From Acaryochloris marina MBIC11017 (GTDB taxonomy: Bacteria; Cyanobacteriota; Cyanobacteriia; Thermosynechococcales; Thermosynechococcaceae): a stretch of DNA of 32,000 nucleotides. The notes beneath the pieces were generated by a model that did not search any database, was not told where the DNA came from, and worked only from the letters and a program-made list of their open reading frames with translations. The stretch is taken from assembly GCF_000018105.1 (NCBI RefSeq), contig NC_009925.1, positions 3,090,001 through 3,122,000 on the forward strand, read 5' to 3'. The position numbers and the translations under genes were made by a program. Below are positions 1-8,246 of the stretch, one piece after another (the first letter of the stretch is position 1; the number at the start of each line of letters is the position of its first letter).

Positions 1-893
1 AACAGTTGACGATCTTCGAGATAGTCCCAAAGTGCCTTTTCTCCGATGAGTGAGTGCCGAACTGCAAGTTCGCGGAGTGCTGTATACCCAAGGTGTTGTC
101 TGCGGGTGCCCAGTTGTTCTGTATATGTTTTGAGTCGCTGATACAGGCGGTACTCAACAACATTATCTTCCCCCCAGCCTCCATTAGCTTGTGCGACTTC
201 AGTGCAATCTGACGTGGGCACATATAGGTCTGGATCAATAAGAACGACATCCGAAAATCGAAAATCGTTCTGACTAAAAACCTTTAACCGCCAATCTTCG
301 GAACGGAAACTGTGTCGGGCGCGATCTAGCACAGTATGGACACAGGCAGCTTTATCTGGTGTGCCCTCCTCTATGTATAAGCGGCCTAGCTTACACATCG
401 CTCGATAGAGTTCGGACGGCATGCTGTCGTTTTGTCGGACAATTTCTTGATTAAGAACGCGCGTGTACTGCTTCAGAATGCCTTGAGCCAGCAAAACGAC
501 AGCATCTTCTGCAGTGTCTATGATGTTGTGTAGACTAGCTGCAAAAGAATGACCTTGTGCGATCGCAGCCGACCAGTTGGGGTCTCTATTTTCCGACTCA
601 GCTAAAATCTGCCTCTCCATATCAGCATCCGAAAAATTAGGCAGCACTTCTCCAATGGATGCTAATGTCCAGCCCCTTTTCAAGAGCAGCGCTGTTGCCA
701 ATCCTTCTAAAATCTGGCGAAACCCAAACTTTTTACCTTTAGGTTGGGAGAGTAGTTTCTTCGATCGCCAAAGCCGAATTGTCCGCAGTGCAGGCGGTTC
801 TATCAAGATATTCAATAAACCAGTCTGATGCTGAATTTCTTCAGTCAGATCTTTGGCAGACCCACTCCAACGGCGCACGCGGTCGAATTGCAT
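1..893 (-). CDS. Hypothetical protein, N-terminal 297 codons visible (3' end lies beyond the left edge). Possible MerR-like HTH near the N-terminus.
   Basis: My own reverse-complement translation from the ATG (cat at 891-893) gives MQFDRVRRWSGSAKDLTEEIQHQTGLLNILIEPPALRTIRLWRSKKLLSQPKG... It stays open to position 1. The segment ALRTIRLWRSKKLL resembles a MerR-type recognition helix. The rest is unrecognised. It is absent from the ORF track because the window edge truncates it. Confidence 0.5.
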   Translation of the reverse strand, partial: MQFDRVRRWSGSAKDLTEEIQHQTGLLNILIEPPALRTIRLWRSKKLLSQPKGKKFGFRQILEGLATALLLKRGWTLASIGEVLPNFSDADMERQILAESENRDPNWSAAIAQGHSFAASLHNIIDTAEDAVVLLAQGILKQYTRVLNQEIVRQNDSMPSELYRAMCKLGRLYIEEGTPDKAACVHTVLDRARHSFRSEDWRLKVFSQNDFRFSDVVLIDPDLYVPTSDCTEVAQANGGWGEDNVVEYRLYQRLKTYTEQLGTRRQHLGYTALRELAVRHSLIGEKALWDYLEDRQL

Positions 894-998
894 TTATCCA
901 AGCGATAGATTACATTAATCAATGATTACACCATTTAGTGTAAAAATTGAATCTGTTTCACAAATGTATTAAGTTGACCCTCAATAAGGCACAAAGCT

Positions 999-1334
999 AT
1001 GGACACGTCTCCACAGGAAATTCGCCTATATCTGCGACCAGACGGTAGCTGTCCCTTTGCGCAGTGGCTAGAAGGTTTGCGAGATCGGCGTGCAAGAGCC
1101 AAAATCAGGCAGAGCTTAGATAGGATTGAGCTGGGCAATATGGGTGACTTCAAGCCTGTCGGCAAAGGCGTCTTGGAGGCTAGAATTAAGTACGGCCCAG
1201 GATATAGAGTTTATTTTGCTCGTGCAGGTCGGCAAGTTGTCTTGCTGTTGTGTGGCGGAGACAAAAAGACGCAGAATAAGGATATCCTCAGAGCACAGCA
1301 GTATTGGATGGACTTTCAAAAGTACAAAAAATAG
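999..1334 (+). CDS. Type II toxin-antitoxin system toxin, RelE/ParE superfamily (addiction module killer type).
   Basis: 111 aa. The N-terminus reads YLRPDGSCPFAQWLEGL. It carries GNMGDFKPVGKGVLEARIKYGPGYRVYFA and LLLCGGDKKTQNKDILRAQQYW. These match the conserved blocks I remember for this killer-protein family. Confidence 0.85.
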   Translation: MDTSPQEIRLYLRPDGSCPFAQWLEGLRDRRARAKIRQSLDRIELGNMGDFKPVGKGVLEARIKYGPGYRVYFARAGRQVVLLLCGGDKKTQNKDILRAQQYWMDFQKYKK

Positions 1335-1412
1335 AAAACATCTAAAAGCTACCACTCGTACCTAGTCGAATCGCTAAAGGATAAAGAAGAAGCAGCCGCT
1401 TATCTAGATGCC

Positions 1413-1637
1413 GTGTTTGAAGATGGAAGTCCAGAAGAAGTGGCGCTAGCACTCAAAAATGTTGCAGAAGCTCGTAGACAATCAGTCGATACCTCACAGA
1501 CAAGCAACGCTGACTGGGAAAAGTGCTACCACTTACTTGAGCAATCAAAAATGCCAGCTTTGCCTATGCTTTTGATGCTATTGAGTGAGTTGGGATTAAA
1601 ACTGACTGTCACTGTAAAGCAGGGGCAACCAACGTAA
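1413..1637 (+). CDS. Cognate antitoxin (addiction module antidote type, HTH). It is probably N-terminally compromised.
   Basis: The C-terminus MPALPMLLMLLSELGLKLTV and the block EEAAAYLDAVFEDGSPEEVALAL are typical of the partner antidote family. Family-like sequence (KSYHSYLVESLKDKEEAAAYLDA) already starts at 1335, directly after the toxin TAG and in the same frame. There is no ATG, GTG or TTG before the GTG at 1413. Confidence 0.6.
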   Translation: MFEDGSPEEVALALKNVAEARRQSVDTSQTSNADWEKCYHLLEQSKMPALPMLLMLLSELGLKLTVTVKQGQPT

Positions 1638-2014
1638 TTCATACTTATCTACTCAGATAACATCTACGAGTTGCAAGCATTTGATGTCAGAGTCAAAATC
1701 ATCGAGCCAGGTGGAATCAAAACGAACTTTATCCATAGCGATACGACATGGGCAAACTCTGTTGACAGTCCTTATCATGAACTCACGCAACAAGTGAAAT
1801 CCTTCAGAAAGCGGCTAAATGAATCATTGTCAGGGCCACAGAAAGTCGCTGAAGCGATTTATCAGGCAGCTAATGACCAGTCTGGTAAGCTACGCTATTC
1901 TCCACATGGACAGGCGTTTCTATTACTACACGCATGCTGCCTGATAGGCTATGGCGATCGCTCGTAGGCCGGATGATGCGAAGAAAGAACCTTGGGTCTA
2001 AATCGCTTAGATGA
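1638..2014 (+). pseudogene. C-terminal stump of a short-chain dehydrogenase/reductase (SDR) carrying a frameshift.
   Basis: LQAFDVRVKIIEPGGIKTNF is the SDR region after the catalytic YxxxK. No Rossmann or N-terminal part is present. The frame opens immediately after the antitoxin stop. Near 1930-1940 the family-like tail LPDRLWRSLVGRMM continues in a different frame and ends at TGA 2012-2014. Confidence 0.7.
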
Positions 2015-2365
2015 TGCTCGATAGTGTTAGAGGGTAATGGTGCGATCGCCTAATTCGAGCCGATGCCAACCATCTCTTCTGTGGCCGCTCAGGACTCGCC
2101 TTTGAATGTTGGATTGAGCCAGGAGATCTACGCTCCACGGTTATGACTCTGGATGGCACTCAGACGATCCCAGCACAAAAATACACGCCTCGACGCATCA
2201 TTGGTGTAGGCAATGTTGGCCGCCATCCCGGACAGGCGACCTATACCCTTTATAATCCTGCCAACAATCAAATCACCTTCAAAACCGTGAAATATAGTAA
2301 AACCAAAGGCTTTGCTGTGCAGAACTCCTAGGGGTATTTTGGGAAATCGATGCCTGTGCGATCGC

Positions 2366-2679
2366 TTATTGCTTTGAACGCTCACTCCCTAGGGCAACCA
2401 CTTCTCTATTCAGTTGCTCCCCTACTTCATCTTCAGCCACATCCAAGTCGTAATCCATTTGCAATCCCAACCAAAAGCGCGGCGACATATTGAAATAACG
2501 AGCTAAACGAAGGGCTGTATCCGCCGTAATACGGCGCTTTCCATGAACAATTTCGTTAATCCGTCGTGCAGGGACTCGAAGTGCCAGAGCCATCTGATTT
2601 TGACTAAGATTCATTGGCTTGAGAAACTCTTCAAAAGTACCTCACCAGGATGTACTGGCATCAGCTTATCTTCATTCAT
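2366..2679 (-). pseudogene. higA: higA-type XRE/HTH antitoxin with a frameshift.
   Basis: The listed ORF (82 aa) reads MNLSQNQMALALRVPARRINEIVHGKRRITADTALRLARYFNMSPRFWLGLQMDYDL, the HigA HTH core. The expected N-terminus MNEDKLMPVHPGEVLL is present upstream (ATG at 2679). It is one base out of frame across the T4 run near 2631-2637, where EEFLKPMNLSQ resumes in the other frame. Confidence 0.7.
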
Positions 2680-2803
2680 ACTTCTACCTCGGTGACAATC
2701 AACGATCTCTGCGTCTAAAGCATCACCGTCTTACCATAAAAAACCAATTCGCTACTGATTGGGCTTCAGCGGTGATAGAGATCATCGAGTCACCATCAAA
2801 GTG
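2680..2803 (-). pseudogene. higB: higB-type (RelE-like killer) toxin remnant covering only the C-terminal third, with a frameshift.
   Basis: Reverse-strand translation gives HFDGDSMISITAEAQSVANWFFMV, then a frame change, then GDALDAEIVDCH. This resembles the HigB C-terminus (GD..SI..W..F...GDA..V..DYH). It is preceded by an in-frame TAA at 2804-2806, so the N-terminal two thirds are missing. Confidence 0.45.
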
Positions 2804-2838
2804 TTAAGTCCATCTGTTGCAAATCCTAACTAGACAAG

Positions 2839-3042
2839 TCAGGGACTTAGCGGTTGCTTGTTGTCACGATTTGAGGATTTCTGAATGCGTTTCAGCCTTT
2901 GCTGACGAATCTCCTCATCGAATCTAGCGAGCACCCCATCGAGCTGCAACCCTAATTCTTCAATTTCTAGACGAGCGCGATTCAGGTTATCTAAGAGACG
3001 TTGATCAACCGATGGATCGGGCATCAATGGTTGGTTTGTCAT
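2839..3042 (-). CDS. Hypothetical small helical protein (67 aa from the ATG at 3042).
   Basis: The ORF reads MTNQPLMPDPSVDQRLLDNLNRARLEIEELGLQLDGVLARFDEEIRQQRLKRI... Its ATG overlaps the TGA of the upstream ORF (ATGA at 3039-3042), which suggests translational coupling. I recognise no family. Confidence 0.45.
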   Translation of the reverse strand: MTNQPLMPDPSVDQRLLDNLNRARLEIEELGLQLDGVLARFDEEIRQQRLKRIQKSSNRDNKQPLSP

Positions 3043-3383
3043 GGTAACTCCCACTCAGTCCTGATTTCTTGAATACTTTGTTCCAGTGCTGGCAGTCTAG
3101 CTTCCGTATTCAAGATGCTCTGCATCACTAGCTCTAGCATATCTCCTGGAACATGAGGCTGAACATTGAAAATCCGAATTTGTAGACTCGAAAACTGGGA
3201 GAATCGCTCAGTAGCTTGCTCCGCAACACTGTGCAAATCATCAAGATAAACAATTGTCCGTTCTGTTTCACCAAATGTGTTGAATAGGGCAAACTCAGCA
3301 GTTCTGGCATTCTCGATAACATCAGCTAATTGCCGCTTTAATCTCCAGATTCTCTCAGAGACCTCGTTTGGAAGTTTTGCCAT
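3039..3383 (-). CDS. Hypothetical protein (114 aa from the ATG at 3383; the track start at 3446 is a TTG).
   Basis: The ORF reads MAKLPNEVSERIWRLKRQLADVIENARTAEFALFNTF... It is predicted helical and I recognise no family. It overlaps the downstream ORF by 4 nt. Confidence 0.45.
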   Translation of the reverse strand: MAKLPNEVSERIWRLKRQLADVIENARTAEFALFNTFGETERTIVYLDDLHSVAEQATERFSQFSSLQIRIFNVQPHVPGDMLELVMQSILNTEARLPALEQSIQEIRTEWELP

Positions 3384-3625
3384 ACTTGTTGTGTCGGGAG
3401 CAACCTCTACTGCTGGTAAGAGGTTACCACCTACTTGTGCGCTCAACTGACTGATAATCTCTCAACGTCAGATCCCACAGCAGAATTAGGATCTAACGTT
3501 GGTCATCACCGGGTTGCCGCTAGCGATGTGGGTTTCCAATTCGGCCTGGTTCGGAAACTCTGCTATCTCACAGACTACTCACCCTGCATAAGGTATCGAT
3601 ATAATGCCACCGCTTGATGTAGTCA

Positions 3626-3642
3626 ATGATAATGATTATCAT
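3626..3642. promoter_or_regulatory. FUR-family operator, Zur-box type.
   Basis: ATGATAAT-G-ATTATCAT is a perfect 8-1-8 inverted repeat. It contains the 7-1-7 core TGATAAT-N-ATTATCA that I recall as the cyanobacterial Zur operator. It lies about 195 nt upstream of the COG0523 gene. Confidence 0.7.
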
Positions 3643-3837
3643 TTTAATTGCACTTCCTCACTCCACATGCACCTATGTCTACGGTGACGCCTGCTCTTTC
3701 CCCCGCCCTCGCCACAAGTGTGCGGCGCTTTAAACAACTCTCTGCTCCCAAGCGACCGTAAGACTATCTGCTGCAGCGATTCGCCCTGAAGCTTATACAT
3801 CCAGAGCCAACTCACTCACCTCAACCGGAGTTCACTC

Positions 3838-4875
3838 ATGATTCAATCTCCCACTCAACAAGCCTCACCCCAAACCGATCTGAAACTTCCCAAACGAGGG
3901 TTGCCCGTGACAATTATTACGGGCTTCCTTGGCAGTGGGAAGACCACACTGCTCAACCATATTCTCCAAGACTGCCAGGATCTAAAAGTCGCGGTGTTGG
4001 TCAATGAGTTTGGCGATATCGATATTGATAGCCAGCTCTTGGTTTCTGTTGAAGAAGATATGGTACAGCTCAGTAATGGCTGTATCTGCTGCACCATCAA
4101 CGACGACTTGGTGGAAGCGGTCTACAGCATTTTGGAGCGGAACGAGAAGGTGGATCACTTGGTGATCGAAACAACGGGGGTGGCCGATCCATTGCCCATA
4201 GCACTCACGTTTGCGATGCCGCCCCTACGGAATTTAACCCAGCTAGATTCCATCGTCACGCTAGTGGATGCAGAAGCCTTCTCCCCCCAACATTTTGAGA
4301 GTGAAGCCGCCCTTAATCAAGTGTCCTATGCCGATATTATTGTGCTTAATAAAACGGACTTAGCTGCCCCTCAACAGGTAGATACGTTGGAGGCATGGGT
4401 TCGAGAGCAGAAATGGGGGGCACGAATTTTGCGATCGCAAAACAGCAACATCCCCCTGCCATTGATTTTAGATACCAATCTCTTTCAGCCAGAGCGCTAT
4501 ACCGCAGAAGCAAAAGCAATGGCTGAGACGACGCATGATCACCATGCCCCTCACTGCCACGACCACCACCATCACTCCAACCATCTCGTCAATGATGGGT
4601 TTGTATCGATGGCATTCGAAAGCGATCAACCGTTTGATTTGGACAAATTTCAAGATTGGCTCGCCGATGATCTGTCAGAAAACGTCTTCCGAGCTAAGGG
4701 ATTCCTATGGTTTGGCACCATTACCCCCCGCTATATCTTCCAGCTCAGCGGCAAACGCTACACCTTAGACGCAGACAAGTGGCCTGGAATACCCAAGACA
4801 CAGCTCGTCCTGATTGGTCGCGAGTTAGATGCCCCAAAACTACAGCATCAGCTTCGAGACTGTTTAACCTCTTAG
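3838..4875 (+). CDS. COG0523/CobW-family G3E GTPase (putative zinc metallochaperone).
   Basis: Walker A is GFLGSGKTTLLNHIL. The metal-binding CxCC motif is GCICCT. NKTD is present. There is a His-rich stretch THDHHAPHCHDHHHHSNH, and the CobW C-terminal domain is present. Confidence 0.9.
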   Translation: MIQSPTQQASPQTDLKLPKRGLPVTIITGFLGSGKTTLLNHILQDCQDLKVAVLVNEFGDIDIDSQLLVSVEEDMVQLSNGCICCTINDDLVEAVYSILERNEKVDHLVIETTGVADPLPIALTFAMPPLRNLTQLDSIVTLVDAEAFSPQHFESEAALNQVSYADIIVLNKTDLAAPQQVDTLEAWVREQKWGARILRSQNSNIPLPLILDTNLFQPERYTAEAKAMAETTHDHHAPHCHDHHHHSNHLVNDGFVSMAFESDQPFDLDKFQDWLADDLSENVFRAKGFLWFGTITPRYIFQLSGKRYTLDADKWPGIPKTQLVLIGRELDAPKLQHQLRDCLTS

Positions 4876-5095
4876 CCGATCTCATCCACATCCATAACTC
4901 ATAAAGAGTCTGAGCGAGATTCCTCAGGATTAACTGGGGGATCTAGCCAAAGCTGAGGTTCTAACTCACTGCAGCAGCATATACAGATGCTATGGCATCG
5001 TCAGAACCTGAGAACGAAAAAGCTCTCAGTACCGAGATATTCCCACGAAAGAAAAAGATTTTCTGAAGCCTCTGCTTAGTCCAATTTCCTAGGAT

Positions 5096-6161
<1,066 letters not shown>

Positions 6162-6206
6162 AATTGCCCTGCGTTTGCCCTTGTCTCAACTATTAGGAAT
6201 GTTGCC

Positions 6207-7448
6207 ATGACCCCTAACTCTTCTCGTCCCTCTCGGCTGCAAAAATACCAACTCTCCATCGCTCTGCTGTCGGCACTGGCCCTGGGTAGCTGTGCCTCGA
6301 CTCCTTCAGAGGACCCCAATTCTACTCAAGGGGACTCGAAGCTCCAGATAACAACGACCTTTTTACCCATTACCAATTTTACGAAAGCAGTAGCCGGTGA
6401 TCGTGCCCAAGTGACGCAGCTTTTGCCCAACAATATTGGTCCCCATGACTACCAGGCAAAACCCGAAGATGTCCAGAAGCTAGCCAAGGCTGATGTTCTA
6501 GTCATGAACGGTCTAGAAATGGAAGCCTTTCTAGAAGACATGGTCAAAAATGCGGGCAATAATGAGTTAGCCATGGTTGACTCCAGTGAAGGCATTGCCG
6601 TTATTCCCAACGAAGAAGAGCATGGGGATGACCATGATGAGCACAAAGGCGAAAAGCATGAGGACGAGCATGACCACGACGACCATGAAGGTGAAGACCA
6701 TAAAGACGAGGATCATGCCGAAGACAAGGACCATGATCATGACGAAGATCATGCTGAAGGTGAAGATCATAAAGACGACGACCACGCTGAAGGCAAGGAT
6801 CATGACGAGGAGAAAGACCATGCCAAAGGCGGCCATGACCATGACCATGGCGAAAATAATCCCCATATTTGGCTGGATCCGAAGCGAGCCATTCAGCAGG
6901 TTGAAAATATTCGAGATGGTCTAATTAAGGCGGACCCGGACGGGAAGTCGACCTATGAAGCCAATGCCGCTGCCTACATCGATGAATTGAAAAAACTCGA
7001 TACGGAATTTACCGAGCAACTGAAGCCCTTTGCCGGTAAAACCTTCGTCACCTATCATGACTTTGCGGACTACTTTGCCCGTAGCTATGATTTAGAGGTG
7101 GAGTATCTGGTCGGCATTCCCCACGAGAATGCCTCCCCCGAAGATGTTAAGCGAGTCATTAACGCTGCGAAATCTTCGAACCTGAAGACCCTACTGTCTG
7201 AGCCTCAAGCTTCGGGTAACCCATTTGCAGCCCTGGCCCAGGATCTTAAGGTTCAGGTGGGCACGTTTGATCCCATAGAAACTGGCGGAACAGATGCCCT
7301 TGAGGCAGATTATTACTTGACAACTATGCGAGAAAATCTTAAAAATCTGACCACCGCCTTTGGTAACCAGCCTCAAGCTTGGGTGCCAGCGCGACCCAGA
7401 CAACGGACTATCGCAACCTTGCCCCAGTGGGTTCAGGTGAAATTCTAG
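6207..7448 (+). CDS. znuA: Zinc ABC transporter substrate-binding lipoprotein ZnuA with a very long His/Asp/Glu-rich loop.
   Basis: The lipobox is LALGSC. The cluster-9 SBP metal-ligand contexts GPHDYQ, NPHIWLDP and TYHDFADYF are present. An acidic His-rich insert of about 80 aa is typical of ZnuA. Confidence 0.9.
   Translation: MTPNSSRPSRLQKYQLSIALLSALALGSCASTPSEDPNSTQGDSKLQITTTFLPITNFTKAVAGDRAQVTQLLPNNIGPHDYQAKPEDVQKLAKADVLVMNGLEMEAFLEDMVKNAGNNELAMVDSSEGIAVIPNEEEHGDDHDEHKGEKHEDEHDHDDHEGEDHKDEDHAEDKDHDHDEDHAEGEDHKDDDHAEGKDHDEEKDHAKGGHDHDHGENNPHIWLDPKRAIQQVENIRDGLIKADPDGKSTYEANAAAYIDELKKLDTEFTEQLKPFAGKTFVTYHDFADYFARSYDLEVEYLVGIPHENASPEDVKRVINAAKSSNLKTLLSEPQASGNPFAALAQDLKVQVGTFDPIETGGTDALEADYYLTTMRENLKNLTTAFGNQPQAWVPARPRQRTIATLPQWVQVKF
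6609..6860 (+). repeat. Low-complexity His/Asp/Glu/Lys-coding region inside znuA, with internal near-repeats (DHAEGEDHKDDDHAEGKDHD).
   Basis: EEEHGDDHDEHKGEKHEDEHDHDDHEGEDHKDEDHAEDKDHDHDEDHAEGEDHKDDDHAEGKDHDEEKDHAKGGHDHDHGENN. It generates spurious ORFs in other frames (6567..6866 minus, 6577..6924 plus). Confidence 0.85.
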
Positions 7449-7459
7449 GAGGTTCAAAT

Positions 7460-8230
7460 TTGCCAGAGGCCATTCTGCGGGTTTCAGGACTAACGGTTGT
7501 TCGCGACAAGCATGTTGCTGTCGAACAGGTATCGTTTGCCGTGCAGCCGGGGACTAATGTGGCCATCGTTGGCCCCAATGGCGCGGGAAAGAGTAGCTTG
7601 ATTCAAGCTGTTCTGGGGGTACTCCCGCGTCAGGTGGGCCAGGTAGAGGTGCTGGGTCATACCCTGAGTCCCCAAGGCCGACTGCCAACCAAGATTCGGG
7701 ATGCGATCGCATATCTACCGCAAAACTTTAGTTTCGATCGCCGGATTCCCATGACCGTCGAAGAAGTGGTGGGCTTAGGCTGGCATACCCTCGGTCTCCA
7801 GTGGCCCTGGACCGGGCATAGAGCGAGACAGATTGCGGTTCGTCAAGCCCTGGGCCAGGTGGAGGCGCTCCATCTGAAACGAAAACGGATCAGCGATCTA
7901 TCGGGGGGCGAAACTAAGCGAGTCCTGCTGGCCTATTGTCTGGTTAGGCCGCGTCGTTTGTTGATTTTAGATGAGGCCCCTGCAGGTCTAGATCTGCGGG
8001 CGGAAGCAGAATTCTACCAATTGCTGAACCAGCTCAAACAACAGCATGGATGGGCCATTTTACAAGTCTCTCACGATCTGAATATGGTGCAGCGCCAGTG
8101 TGATCATGTGTTGTGTATTAACCGCACGTTACTCTGTGAGGGAGTTCCTGAAGTGGCTCTGTCTAGGGAAAGCTTGAGCACAGTCTATGGTCCCGAATTT
8201 GCCCGCTATCACCATTCCTGTTCGTTGTAG
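7460..8230 (+). CDS. znuC: Zinc ABC transporter ATP-binding protein.
   Basis: Walker A is GPNGAGKSSL. The signature is LSGGETKRV. Walker B is LLILDEAPAGLD. I prefer the TTG at 7460, which sits 7 nt after AGGAGG (7447-7452), over the track start at 7379. The 7379 start would overlap znuA by 70 nt. Confidence 0.88.
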   Translation: MPEAILRVSGLTVVRDKHVAVEQVSFAVQPGTNVAIVGPNGAGKSSLIQAVLGVLPRQVGQVEVLGHTLSPQGRLPTKIRDAIAYLPQNFSFDRRIPMTVEEVVGLGWHTLGLQWPWTGHRARQIAVRQALGQVEALHLKRKRISDLSGGETKRVLLAYCLVRPRRLLILDEAPAGLDLRAEAEFYQLLNQLKQQHGWAILQVSHDLNMVQRQCDHVLCINRTLLCEGVPEVALSRESLSTVYGPEFARYHHSCSL

Positions 8231-8246
8231 TTTGTAACCCCATTCC

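Noticed and set aside
2038-2385. ORF 2143..2331 (plus, 62 aa; frame open from 2038, …CGRSGLAFECWIEPGDLRSTVMTLDGTQ…) and antisense ORF 2128..2385 (minus, 85 aa).
   Set aside because: No recognisable family and no convincing start or RBS. The two ORFs overlap each other and the end of higA. The region may be another gene fragment in the decay island, but this is unsupported.
3435-3617. ORF 3435..3617 (plus, 60 aa).
   Set aside because: It has no family resemblance, lies in the intergenic or promoter region, and partly overlaps the 5' end of the minus-strand ORF.
3675-3761. 28-codon ORF MSTVTPALSPALATSVRRFKQLSAPKRP between the Zur box and the COG0523 gene.
   Set aside because: It is too short and unrecognised to call as a gene. 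It is mentioned only as something to examine with ribosome profiling.
6567-6924. ORFs 6567..6866 (minus) and 6577..6924 (plus) inside znuA.
   Set aside because: They are low-complexity products (M/V/F/I or T/K/M runs) of the His/Asp-coding repeat read in the wrong frames. The znuA frame has full-length family similarity.
7379-7459. Upstream extension of znuC from the track start at 7379.
   Set aside because: It would overlap znuA by 70 nt and adds non-conserved residues. The TTG at 7460 has an AGGAGG 7 nt upstream and gives the usual distance to Walker A.
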